Below, in pieces: positions 51,294 to 63,431 of a stretch of 64,000 nt of DNA. The DNA is taken from NCBI GenBank assembly GCA_010015585.1, contig ML975149.1, one strand, 5' to 3'. The stretch comes from Eremomyces bilateralis CBS 781.70 (lineage: Eukaryota). The position numbers and the translations under genes are program-made. The notes beneath the pieces were generated by a model that saw nothing but the letters and a program-made list of their open reading frames with translations, was not told the DNA's origin and did not search any database. Numbering within the stretch: the stretch's first letter is position 1; every line of letters begins with the position of its first letter.

Positions 51294-51813
51294 TGGGGTG
51301 ACAATATTGGATATCATTTTCGTCCACAAACTGGTTATCAGCAAGCATCTAGGGCGAAGATGCATTGCATAACATAAATGATGAAACGCCATGTCGTTGG
51401 CGACCTACCGGTACTTATGCCCATGGATATCAGCCAGAGAGAATTCGACTAGAGCTTTGCTTGCATTGGTATACATTGAGATACTGTATGCAGCTCGGTT
51501 CGAGGATTAGTGTGACTGCATCGTTAGAGCTATTGTTCGATTAACCAAATTCCACTGCATTAATTGCGCCTAGCAACCGTTTTATCCGTTGGTCTTGTTC
51601 CGATCCTGGATCATTGGCTTCGATTCAATCCGAGCGGTGAGGATGGCACCATTTCCGGTGCCCCCCGCCACTATGTCTGTACATTTGTCGAGAAGAACAG
51701 TCGTGCATAATACCGGCATGGCATATATACTAACTAAAGTCTCTTAGGATATCACTATTTTCTCTCCGGTTTCATGGGCAGTGGTCGGTTTCTAGGCCAC
51801 TCTGAAAAGCACA

Positions 51814-52875
51814 ATGATGTTCAAACATTCTCTCCTGCTCTCTCTTCTACCTCGTGTATTCTCCGCTATACCACCTCTTATCACCCTTGAGGACCACTAC
51901 CTCTCCGATGTCATCCCTGTCTCTGAATACCATGCCGACTTCTTTGCCTACCAGCCAGCCGCCGTGCCTGCCTTGCGAGAATGGGACGCCGTCCGCCTTG
52001 CCTCCATGGATCGCGGGAACGTGTCAATTCAAGTGATCTCGCATGCTCCTGATATTGGTCTTTATCCACCGAAGTATGCCGTCGCCGCGAACGACCAGCT
52101 CGCCGCCATCGTTGCCACTCATCCAACCCGATACCGCGGCTTTGCCGCCCTTCCACTGGCGCCCCACTACGCACGAGCCGCCGCCGAGGAACTCCGCCGC
52201 TGTGTCAACGAGCACGGCTTCCTTGGAGCCCTCATCGACAATCACTACAATGGCTCGCACTTCGATTCTCCCGCGTATGATCATATTTGGGCGGCGGCGC
52301 AGGAATTGAACGTGCCGATCTACATTCACCCGACGTGGCCATCTCCAGAGATGCTGGAGCGCTACGGCGGACCACTCCTATCGGAGCTCGCGCGTTTGGA
52401 GCTCAGCACGGCACTCTGGGGGTGGCACAGCGATGTCGGACTGCATGCGCTGAAGCTGTTCGCAGCGGGTGTGTTCGAGCGATTCCCGCGCCTGCAGATC
52501 ATCATCGGACATTTCGGGGAAATGATTCCGTACATGCTGGAGCGCGACGAGAACATCTCCTCGCGTCCGACTTACCGATTCGGCAACGGTACCAGGAGCT
52601 GGCGGGAGGTGTGGAACGAGAACTTCTGGGTGACGACAAGTGGGATCTGGAGCCAAAGCCCTATGGCGACGCTTCTACGCACGACGAAAATAGACAGGAT
52701 TCTGTTTAGTGTTGACTATCCGTTTGCGAGTAACGAGGCGGGGCTAATGTTCATGGAAGACTTGGAGGCGAGCGGGCAGGTTGACGAAGAGGATCTGTGG
52801 AAGATTGGAAGAGCGAACGCAGAGGGCCTTTTGGGCATCAAACCCATAAGTCCTACGATTTTACGAATGCAATGA
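51814..52875 (+). CDS. Amidohydrolase_2 family metal-dependent enzyme (aromatic acid decarboxylase-like), with signal-peptide-like N-terminus
   Basis: ITLEDHY, ANDQLA, FAALP, VPIYIHPT, WGWH, GVFERFPRLQIIIGHFGEMIPY, TTSG, ILFSVDYPF; intronless. Confidence 0.9.
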   Translation: MMFKHSLLLSLLPRVFSAIPPLITLEDHYLSDVIPVSEYHADFFAYQPAAVPALREWDAVRLASMDRGNVSIQVISHAPDIGLYPPKYAVAANDQLAAIVATHPTRYRGFAALPLAPHYARAAAEELRRCVNEHGFLGALIDNHYNGSHFDSPAYDHIWAAAQELNVPIYIHPTWPSPEMLERYGGPLLSELARLELSTALWGWHSDVGLHALKLFAAGVFERFPRLQIIIGHFGEMIPYMLERDENISSRPTYRFGNGTRSWREVWNENFWVTTSGIWSQSPMATLLRTTKIDRILFSVDYPFASNEAGLMFMEDLEASGQVDEEDLWKIGRANAEGLLGIKPISPTILRMQ

Positions 52876-53251
52876 TAAGTGGCGGTATTAGCAGAGAGGT
52901 GCTGTAGCAAACGATCTCAATTCTCGAATCGTCACATAACAAACATAGCAGCCAATGAGAGACTAGAGTTTGCCATCATAAGGAACTTTTCTACATTCTG
53001 TGAACTTCGATATCTCCCAATGGCATCCACCGCATGGTCCAAATTCATTCTCATTGTTGCTTCTAATCTCTAATCCTATTACATCTATATATTTTAGCCT
53101 CATCACGGAACTCCTGGATCACTGATTAGGAAGGGATCCTGCCCAAGCCTCGACGAGACACAGATGAGCACCCCTTGAGAGTTCCGCGCCCCGACAAAAA
53201 CTTGAATCCGAGCATCACTTGTTGCTGAAGCACATTCCCTTCATTCATAAA

Positions 53252-54726
53252 ATGTCCGAACCCTCCCTTTTAAGTGAGATGTGTAGCATCTGGTAAGTCC
53301 AATATTCTCGGTCTTAAGAGTCTATTTCCTGCAAGGCTGTGCATCCATGTCGAATTCTTTGGTCCTCAAGTTTGTTGAACCATATCTCCTCTAAGAGCTT
53401 TGTTTTCGAAGATTATTCTTCTTATTTATGGAGAGACTTTTTGATCAATTATCTCTAACAGACCCAGCACAACTCAAAAACCCAAATACCGTTGCCCCGG
53501 CTGCTCAATCCGCACATGCTCGCTGCCATGCTTCCAGCGGCACAAAGCATGGGCGTCCTGCTCAGGCAAGCGGGATCCGGCCAAATACATGAAAAAGAGC
53601 GAGCTCTCGACGGAGCCTGCATTTGATCATGACTATAACTTCTTAGCCGGGATCGAGCGAGTGATCGATAAGGCCGAGAGAGACGTGGAGAGCAGAGGAA
53701 TGGAGAAGGCGGAACGCATGGATAGGGGTGGAAGGGGGTTTGGTCGGAGAGGTGGAGGACAAGGCACGACGGGTGAAGCAAGGGTAGCTTTGAGGGAGGA
53801 AACGAGGTTGAAGGATGCAGTGGGAAGAGCGCAGGTCATCTGGGAGAGGGCACCGAAGGGGATGGCAAGGAGGAAGATGAACCAGAGCCATTACTTGAAC
53901 CGGTGAGACGCTTTTCTTCGTTTATGATGCTGTTCAACCCAGAGATACTAACAACCCTAGATCCAAGCGGATAAGGTGGATGGTGGAATGGATTCACGAT
54001 GACGGGTCGAAACGACTAGGCCATATGATCGAGAATGAGTCCCTCGCGGATGGTTACAGAGCGATGATTGAACCGAAAGAGTCACGATCTTCCAAGAAGA
54101 GAAAGCGGCCATCGGAGGGCGAAGGGCCAGTCCATAATGAATCGCAGGACGGAAATCTACCGCCCGATCAATCGCTCCAGCCTGAGCCCAACGAGGTGGA
54201 GGTTGCTAAACAACCTGATCAACCCACTTCGGAGCCTACTCCGAGCCAGGGGCCAGATGCGAACCTCGACACAGCTGGATCGAGGCTAAACGCACACTCT
54301 ACAGATCCTGAGGACCTTATAGATGAAGGGCCTCCCTCTCACTTCCCGGACCGCCATTTCTATCTTCTCATGCCCCAAACACCAGGGAAGCATACGGTGC
54401 TTGTCCCGCTATCTGCGCAGACCATTCTCTCCGAAGCTCTTCGCGGTCGCGTTATAATGGAATTCCCCACCATCTACGTGCTACCCCAACTGCCCGAGGA
54501 GTTGCCAGAGCCGTTTGCGCTCGAGTCCAAGTATCTGAGAATCACGAGGGAGCAGGAGGAGGAAGTCCGAGGGTTTTTCGGCGACCTGGACCCTCTTCCG
54601 AACGCGGCTACCGGTAACTCTGAGTTTTCTGGCGTATCAACGGATGTGGATAACAGTCGGCAAAATTTGGATGGGACGCTTGCTGAGACCCTCGCCAAAG
54701 ACGTTGGGGGTTTGGGCCGTAAATAG
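53252..54726 (+). CDS. BCD1: Box C/D snoRNP assembly protein (zf-HIT), 3 exons
   Basis: Spliced CSIC..PKYRCPGC..RTCSLPC..RHK...CSGKRDP, DHDYNFL, APKGMARRKMN, WMVEW, LRGRVIMEFPTIYV. Confidence 0.9.
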
Positions 54727-55422
54727 AACATTGCTTAATGGTCGAATCTCGATCTAGCGCTCCCACGAGAATCAACGTCATATATGAGTTTGGTACTCGA
54801 AAAGGCCCTAAGCAGATAAGCTCGGAGTCAATAGAAACGTTATCCATAATTAAGGCTTGGGATTTATTTGATCAACGGAAGGCAAGACCCCATGATTTGC
54901 GGTAGTGACCTATGACACATTCGAAAACGGCTCGGAAATAATAAATTCGGAATGCATGGATAGCAGATCGTCAAGTTGATTCACCATGTAGGGTGCCAAG
55001 TGTAAATCGTCAACAGTTAAAACTGGCCCGGTTTCCAAGGACCGGGGGTCTACTAGACTACGACTACACGGGACACTTCCAGCAATGCCACACAACTCCT
55101 GGGCGTGTTTGGATTCCATTCCTTCGGGTTCCTAGTCCACCAATGTAGTCAACATATGGCAGTTTCCCCCTGTACTGATTTTCATGCCAATACGAGGCTG
55201 TGGTCGCCGATGACGATGGTACAACTCCAAACATTGCACCAGCCTTTAATTATAAGTATAGGCAGCCCAAGTCATAAGTTGTTTAACCGTCCGACGTTTG
55301 ATAACCCAGAGCAGCACCTGAAGTCTTCCCTTGCTGTATCGAAGAGTCACTCCGAAATATCATCTTTCTTTTTAAGTACTAGATACCGAATCTCCCAGAC
55401 AGTTACTTTGAGTCTTGCAAAC

Positions 55423-56132
55423 ATGGACAAACTCCTACCTCCCAACCCATATTGGCCAGGCCGGGTTCGAAATGGCATGCGCGTCCTACTGGTCATTTCA
55501 GTCCTGGTGTTCATCTTCGCAGTCCTAACCATTACTGCGTTGGGATACGCAGGGACACGTCCCTATGATTCACATCCGCCGGTGAGGAATTACAGGAATA
55601 CCAAGTCGTCGAGATCTATAGAGTACAGCTCCGGAATTTCATGGAACGAAGGTGCCAACAATATAGCGTACGTTGATTTTTTACTATTTTATATCGCCTA
55701 GCCGTAGAGTCGAACGCCATCCTTTCCAATCCAACGTACTAAAAAAGAAAGACATAAACTAACGATTCACAAAACAGCGCCGAAATCTTCGTCCGCATGA
55801 GCACCATTTTCGTAGAGCTGTTCCACCTTCCCATCTCCTTCATCCTGTACCGTCGCGGCGGTCACCACCCCGTCGCAGCGCTCGTCATGGCCATCCTACT
55901 CTTCGGCGGCTGGGTCAACATTACGTGGCTACGGACTCTCGACTTTCTGGCGTTAGAGGTGTCCGTCACGGACACCTGGTTGGGACTGAGCTACTCAAGC
56001 GTTGCGGTTGGATCGTTCATCAGCCTGACGTACACGGTGTACCTGGGGTATGCTGCTGCAGCTGTGCACAAGTGGAGACGGGTGCAGAAGGAAGCGAAGT
56101 ACGTCACCAAGGGCGGCGAGTTTGAAAGTTGA
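55423..56132 (+). CDS. Uncharacterised ~4-TM membrane protein, 2 exons
   Basis: ATG 55423; intron GTACGT..CTAAC..ACAG joins NNIA|AEIFVR in frame; hydrophobic helices; ends YLGYAAAAVHKWRR..FES*. Confidence 0.7.
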
Positions 56133-56404
56133 AAGCGGTGGTGTCGATGCGATCAAGATGGGGAAGAAGGCTTAATGCGAGCCAGCGCATGCATGACATG
56201 ACCTAGCGAAGAAGAATAGGTGGCCAGAGCATCATAATGTCTAATACATGTTGTCACGGATGTGAAGATCCACGGTCAGGGTTATACGATGGAAACTGGC
56301 GTCATAGGGATCCTCTGATGACACGAGTTACGGCGTAATGGATTGTGAGTGGCGAGGTTATAGTACCTACAGTATATAATAGCAAAGGGCAGGTTATCCC
56401 TCGT

Positions 56405-57501
56405 TTAGGCGTCAAACTTTGAACCACCCCGTGGTTCACGATTTGGCAGTTCCCACCCTAAACCTGCTAGGGAGCGGTGCATACCTTTGCTTATCAGCGA
56501 CTCGAGAAAGCAATCGCGGAAATCAACATCTTCGGTCGATTGAATAAGGGACATCCAAGATGCCACTTGTGATGAGTGAGACCTCAACGAGGCAACATAA
56601 ACCGTTCGATCTTCTTGAAGGATTTGACTTGGGGTTAGGGCAAGATCGGGAAGTTGAAGAAAGCGAGGCAAGCGACCGGCTAGTTGGACTGGGGCCTTTC
56701 CAGCAAAGCCCCAATCGATGATCCTTTCGTCGTTAACAATCTAAGCATGCTCAGTCTTAGCAACTACTTACCCAGTAACGTTGTGTTCCGAGTCAACAAG
56801 TATGTTCAGTGGAGATAGGTCTCCATGATCTATGGCAAATGGTGCGTTCTCCAGTTCTGGGAGCAGCACCTGAGGGAGCAGCTTCCTCTGATCAAAGCAG
56901 TCCTGCTCAGTCAACTCGGGAAGTTTGCCATTGCGAATTCGGTGGACTTTGCTATCTATCAATTTCAAGAAGAACGGTGTGGCGGTGCCCCCTAACATTT
57001 TAGGTAAGTGGATGCACCTGGAAAAGGCTCCCTTAACACACCATTTTCCCCGGTGCACTCGATGAGGGACAATTGTATCTCAGCGACTTGACGGAGTACC
57101 TTATCCCGAACAGGCCTTGGTGGGTAAGTGGTAGACCAGGAAAGGGGTGAGCCTTCGATCCATACCAACGCGAGAAACGGGAATCCAACCAAATTTTCGA
57201 ATGTCAAGATGGATCCACGGGGTTTCGGTGCCCAGGGAAAGCCCTTCTCGCCAAGCTCTTGAAATATGTTTCGTTCACTTCGAAGGAGACTTATAATAGT
57301 GTCTTGGGAATCACTCCGTACATGGATTGGAAGGCATATAGCCCAGCTTTCTCCGTTCAAGAAGTCTACCTTGTAGACGCGACGCTGGCCGCCGTCGAAA
57401 TGGCGTTCATTCAGAACTGGGACTTCGTTGTCGGGTCGAAATGCAGAGACAGCGGCAGGTATATTTTCCGGACGGAAGTTGTACGCCAGGTTCGACTGCA
57501 T
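56405..57501 (-). CDS. Aminoglycoside-phosphotransferase-like (APH/kinase-like) protein, 3 exons
   Basis: GGQRRVYKVDF, WIEG, Brenner motif HGDLSPLNILVD and spliced G|IIDWG; both introns restore the frame. Confidence 0.85.
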
Positions 57502-58275
57502 CGTGTAATAGCTGCCCTAATGGCTTGTTCACGACTCAAGGAGACTTGCGAAGAGCGGAGCGGGAGACCTCTGTGAACATGAAAGTGGAACACTACCCGA
57601 ATTTATGTCCCCAGCGGTGTGGTAAACATAACTGATGCGTCCAGGAGAACCTCTGGTGGTGTGAGACCGGTGACCTGGATGGTGGGATGCATTATTATTG
57701 GCTAACTACCAGCAGTTTTCGTCATCAGTTAACAGAACCCGAAATGTATGGGTGAAGAAATAGATTAATACTCAACCTGAATCATACACTCAGAGCGTCT
57801 AAAACTCTCATTCTCACCTCTTTAAATATAGAATTCGCCTTTTATACTCTTTTATGTCGGTGTGATTCTCCGTTTTAATAAGCCGGAGGTGGACTCTACA
57901 GCTAGGTAAAGGACCATCAATTTCTTGTACTACGTTGCAGTAGGTTGTTTCATAGACAACTCAACCCAACCCAAATATGATGGCCCCTAACTTTTATGAA
58001 GTCTCTGTCTACCACCGTGTTTCTCTGGGAAAATTGTATGAGTTGAGCAAATAATTTATTCTCGATTGTTATCGTCGTATCTTAAACAACCCTGCAACCC
58101 GCAACCATGAGCTGGTCGCCCGGATCCATCAGTCATTTCAGTCGTAGTTCATCCCCTCAAAGTGCTCCTATACTCTCGTGCTTCCAGTAAACCCCAAGAT
58201 GAGTGGGATGGCACTCCAGGAAGCTTGAAATTCAAATCGCATCGTCCTCGTGCTTCTTATTCATGACCTCTGACT

Positions 58276-59319
58276 ATGTCGCATTGCCACCTCCTTCATG
58301 ACCCCCTTATTTCTTGTCTCTTTCATGCCCCTCAATCCATCCCTATTCCCTCCTTCCGCCTCAACCGCACGAGAAGCAGCCGTTGGTCCCTCTGTATATG
58401 CATGGGACTAGCCCCCATGACGGGTTTGATGACCGGTACAGTACGGGTGTTTCGTATGTGGCCGGCAGTTCCTTTTGCTCTTGTCACGGCAATGGTGACT
58501 ATTGGTTCGGGGAACCTTATCCATCCTCTCGTTTACCCTCTGCTCTCCACCGTTCTCTCCCACGTTCCCTTATCCTTAATTTCCTCCCTAGTTTTCGCTA
58601 CAAGATATACAGCCCTGTGACTTGCGAAAGACACAATTTCGGGTATAACACTGGTCTTCGTGGGTGGTACAGTATCCTGGATTTACTCTCCACGCATAAG
58701 CCAGATATCTTTGCAGACATTGGTGAGGGTCTTGCTCCTCTTATTTCTTGGTTTTGCAATTATCGTATTTACGTCCGTCTAGGACGTCGGGGAAGAATTG
58801 TTCGCATATGGTGCGTGGCCATCAATCCCCTCCACACTCGGCGATGACCTTCTCTACCCTCCTATTCCTCTCTTTCATCCGTATATCCCTCCCCTGTCCT
58901 CAGTCTGTGACTTTCGACTTACGGGTACTCTGGGCATTTTTGTGACAGAAGATAGACGAGATGGTGTTCGTAACATTGCACTTGGTGCGTGGTGCAATAT
59001 TTGGCCAAGCCTTTCTTTCCAACGGCAGTTCGAAGACCTCTCTGGGCACTTCAGGTATTTTGCAGCCTCTTCTTACTTGCATTCATCACATCATCGTCGC
59101 TCACTTTGCTCCGGCAACTATTTCATTTGCACCTCCTGCGTGGTTATGGGTGAAGGGATATGGAGAATCTGAGCTTGTCTCAACGACACTCGGGTAAAGA
59201 GTTGGATTTATGCAGAGCTTGCGGACATGTACAAAGCATGGAAAGAACCGGTGGATACAGCTGGGAAGTTGTCAGAACTTGCGGACGAAACAAAGCTGAC
59301 AACCGTTAGCGAAGGCTAA
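58276..59319 (+). pseudogene. Possible decayed multi-pass membrane protein gene
   Basis: One frame runs ATG 58276 to TAA 59319 with only three internal stops (TGA 58618, TAG 58780, TGA 59170), hydrophobic segments and a protein-like tail (IYAELADMYKAWKEP..SEG*). Family not recognised. Confidence 0.35.
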
Positions 59320-59577
59320 ACTCTCCATGTATGCAGATTGTAGATGTCAATGATCTTGTCCCTCGATCTAACATCACAGGGCCTCGATTCAGCCGGTGGT
59401 GTCGCTCATACGAAAGAAGTTAGTGGAAACATGTCTATTCAAAAAGCGAAAATGGATGGATCGATTCAAATACCCGAAAGAAATAGATGAAGTCAAAAAA
59501 ACCACATCAACCGATCGTAGCCATTGTGAAGTGTTTGGTATCAACAACATCTAATGGCGTTGAAGTAGAGAGCGAGA

Positions 59578-59603
59578 TTGACGCCTTGACGCCTTGACGC
59601 CTT
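59578..59603. repeat. 8-bp tandem repeat (TTGACGCC)x3
   Basis: ttgacgccttgacgccttgacgcctt, upstream of SFH1. Confidence 0.85.
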
Positions 59604-59931
59604 AAAACATTCCGCTGCCGACATCCCTGCATTCGACATTTCTGATTCACTTCAAACTGGTCCATCTTCCAAGTTCATCTTCCTGTACCTTGACTTTCTT
59701 CAAACCCTCGTTTCCCTCATTCATTTTCTTGTAAGGACATACTGGGGTCGGAGGGTCCATAAAGCCACCGATCTAACCCGAGGTCGTACACATTGCTGCT
59801 TGAACAATCCCCAACGCCGCGTCTTTGCGACGCGCTCATGCGACGACCCCCATCGCGCATCCACAATCTCCATCCGGACCACCGAAGCGTAAATAGGTTC
59901 GAAAGCGCGAAGTCACGCGCTTTTCGAGATC

Positions 59932-61933
59932 ATGACCGCCACCATGCAGTCCAAGATGCACCCGCCGCAGTCGTTCATGTCCAGCTATGCCCCGCGGCTC
60001 CGGAAGTATGCGAACCCGCTCATCACGCCCGTCATTCCGCAAGCGCAGCTCTCGACGCCGCGTACCACGAAGCGGGGGACGATGGCGGTCAATTATGCGG
60101 AGGATGGATTTGACGACACCGACTTTGACGACGGCGAAGGGCCGCGAAGACCGACGGGGCTGCGAAGTTTGAGGCGGGATGATTCGTTGGCGGATCGAGA
60201 GAAGTTTACCCAGCTGGGGAAGGAACTGAGTGCGCCGGTGGAAGTGCAAGGGATTTGGAGGGATTGGATGGGGAAGCCAAAAAGACAGTTGTAAGTGGAG
60301 ATCGTGGCATCGAAGTGATGGGAGACAGATGCTAATGTTTGGTTGCGCGAAGAACGGAGAGACAACTGGAAATCCAATCAGTCCTTCCACTCAACCTTAT
60401 CCCCATCCGAATTGACCTCGACATCACTCCCTTTCGGCCGGAACCTGCTCTGCCGATGCCTGTCAATGCTAAAGACTTCGGGATTGACGACGCCCACCCT
60501 GCTTACAAGCAACAAGAACCGACACCAACCTTCAGACTCAAGGACACCTTTTTATGGAATCTGCACGAGGCATTGATGACCCCCGACTACTTCGCGAAGA
60601 TCTTCGTCGACGAGTTGGACCTCCCCAATGAGCGAAAACCAGCTCTCATCATGCAAATTGCGAATCAGATCCGCCAGCAACTCGAGGAATATGCTGGCGT
60701 TGCGATGCATCCTCTTTTCCACTCCACCGCCCCTTCAGCGCCTTCTGAGGCGCCTGAATCGGCAAAGCCTAGCATACTTGGACCTGCATCAGCACCTCGT
60801 TCTCGCGATCAATCCTCAACCCCTGCCCGTGTTTCCACCCCACTCACTTTCTCTACCCCCCTCCCCTTCTCCAACGGCTTTCATGCCTCCTCACCTGCCA
60901 GGACTCCTTCCACTCTATCTGCTCTTCCTCCCGCTCCGGTCCCTGTAACATCAACCACCAGCGGAACCATCGCCGCCACGGCCACACCGCTTCCCGACGA
61001 AGATGTTCACAATCCTGATGACACCTACCGGTGCATCATCAATCTCAACATCAACCTGATGAACCGGTTGTACCAAGACAAATTCGAGTGGTCACTACTC
61101 CACCCCCCTGGGTTTGCGGAACATTTTGCCAAGCAGACCTGCGCGGACGTAGGCCTTTCCGGCGAATGGGTACCGGCCATGACACACGCTCTCTACGAAG
61201 CGGTTCTCCGGCTGAAAAAGGAGGCGTGTGAGAACGGCGGACTAGTAGGCTACGGGGAGATCGAAAACGATGCTGCGGAAGGCGCAGAGTCCGGCTGGCG
61301 ATACGAGCCGGAGCACCTATGCGATGAGTGGGAGCCGAAAGTGGAGATTCTGTCAAAAGAGGAGATCGAGAAGCGCGAAGGCGATCGAGAGCGACAGATT
61401 CGCCGGATCAGAAGAGAGACAGCACGGTTCTCGAGCACGTCGAACATGAATGTGGTTGGTGGGATGGCGGTACCGCAGGGAGACTACTTTGCGAACCCGG
61501 AGGCGACCGAGCAGCCTATGGGTCGGGGCGAGCGCAGTAAGAAGAAAAGAAGGTTTAGAAGCATAAGTCCGACCGGTAGGGAGACGCCGGAGGTGGCAGG
61601 GTCGGGGTATGGTGGAGGAGCAGGAGGTTTGGCCGAATGGTGAGTACTGCCTAGTCATCTAACTTTGACCGGAAACTAACAAGGTCTAATAGGGAGCGAC
61701 AAAACTGGCGATGCTCGCATTGCTTGGTTTGGGGCTCCGCTGTCTGGGCCGTGCGAGATGGACCGAATGGACCAAGGGTGAGGATTATTCCAACGAATTC
61801 TACATGAGGACTAGCTAACCGTTCACTCAAGAGTCTCTGCAACAATTGCGGATTCCTATACGAGCGCGACAAGAAGCTTCCGACGTGGTCACACCACTTA
61901 TTCATCAACGACCGAGCATTCGGCACGCGATGA
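59932..61933 (+). CDS. SFH1: RSC complex subunit Sfh1 (SNF5 family) with C-terminal GATA-type Zn finger, 4 exons
   Basis: SSYAPRLR, TTKRGT.AVNYAED, LIPIRIDLD, KDTFLWNLHE, DKFEWSL, IEKREGDRERQIRR; spliced CSHC..DGPNGPR|SLCNNCG; TGA 61931-61933. Confidence 0.93.
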
Positions 61934-62427
61934 GTGGTTGTTTCACGTCGTGGCATCTCCCTTTTATCTTTTTCGGGTGTTCATCTGCTGGCTCTGTGAG
62001 GTTGCCGGCTGGCAACATAGCATTGAGGGGGCGTATGGGGATTTGTATTGGAGTTTCAGGCCATGTAAGACCGAGAAGGGTTCCTCTGTTCGGTTGAGAG
62101 GGCAATGCCGTAGCGCGGTGGTCAAGAGGGCTACAGGGTCTAAGTCGGAATGACCAACACCGTCTATATAATAGTAGCCTAGGTGGCATTGTCCTCCCGG
62201 TGTCTGGACAAACAGGATCGCTCGAGGTAGTACGGTAATCTAATAGCATTTACCGAATTATTGTACAAGAACTTCGAAGCCCAAAATCCACAGCATTAAG
62301 CCCTCGCCACGTGCAACATTCCAAAAGAAAAGCCCATCAACACTCTAGACTGGGTATTTAGACAACTACTAGATTTTACTTGATCTGACTTTATCAACAA
62401 GATCGAAAGCGTTCCTCGATGGACTCT

Positions 62428-63431
62428 TTACAACGCGGCAAACGCCAACACGGCAGCGGCAAACGCCGCAACCCCCCCCACGGCATTCTTCACCGCCTCA
62501 CCGGTGAACGCCGGCGGCTTCTGGCCAGTCGGCACCGGAGGACTCGCGGTCGGTTTGCTGGTCTTATTGCCGCCTACGCCCGAGGACGGCGACGACGGGG
62601 CCGCGGACGAGCTGGTTGGGGGCTTCGAGCCCGATGGGGTTGGCTTGGGAGGTCCACCGTGTCCAGCCGGGTGTTCGGGATTCGGCTTGGGAGGTCCCTC
62701 ATGCCCGGCCGGGTGCTCGGGATTCGGCTTGGGAGCTTCACCATGGCCGGCCGGGTGTTCGGGTTCGGGATTCGGCTTGGGGGCTCCGCCATGTCCGGCG
62801 TGCTCGGGCTCTGGGGATGCAGGCGCCGGGGAGGAAGGCGCTGCGGCTGCGGGCGCTGCGGATGCGGGAGCCGGGTTGGCAGCGGCGGGGGGTGCAGCGG
62901 CAGCCGGGCCGCTGGCGGGATCAAAAGTCACGGACCCCGTGGCGCCCCCCAGTTCGCCGTGATCCATTCCCTCGTGTGAGGCGTCAGTAGAACCGGTCGA
63001 GCCGGTCGAACCGACGGTGAGAGGGACGCCGAGGCTCGAACATAAGTCTTCCAGGGCCGTCTGGACAACTAGAAGACGTTAGCATGGCGATGCGTGTACC
63101 TTGGAGAGGTGAAGAGGGGCGCGGGAAGAGCGGAGGATTGGGGAGCGGGAGAGCAGAAAAAAACGTACGCGATTGCTCGGGAACAGAGCACTCAAGCTGG
63201 ATACACGGTTCGAGGGATTCGAGTATAGCGTCCTGCGACCTGCAATGGCATGCGAAATCTTCCGCACAGGCACTATTGGCCGAGAGGGCTGTTCCGATAC
63301 AACTTGCCTTGATCGCGTCAGTCGTGGAAGCTTGAAGGCAGAGAACTGTCACCTACAGCGCAATCCGGAACCTCCGGAGCCTGGGCATAGACGATAGATG
63401 CCAAGACGGCAACGGCTACGACGGTCTTCAT
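62428..63431 (-). CDS. GPI-anchored CFEM-domain protein, 3 exons
   Basis: Signal peptide MKTVVAVAVLASIVYA; CFEM VPDCA|ASCI..CAEDFACHC..PCIQLEC...LC; Pro/Ala/His-rich stalk; GPI signal FTGEA..AVGGVAAFAAAVLAFAAL*. Confidence 0.9.
62641..62814 (-). repeat. Coding tandem repeat PEHPAGHxxxPKPN x4 (42-48 bp units)
   Basis: Four copies visible in both DNA and protein. Confidence 0.92.

Noticed and set aside
56405..57501. APH-like gene as pseudogene or antibiotic-resistance gene
   Set aside because: The three ORFs join through canonical introns; the family is common in fungi and does not imply resistance.
3106..63431. A cell-surface or virulence gene cluster
   Set aside because: Secreted and wall genes are interspersed with housekeeping genes; no backbone enzyme, shared regulator or repeat boundaries seen.
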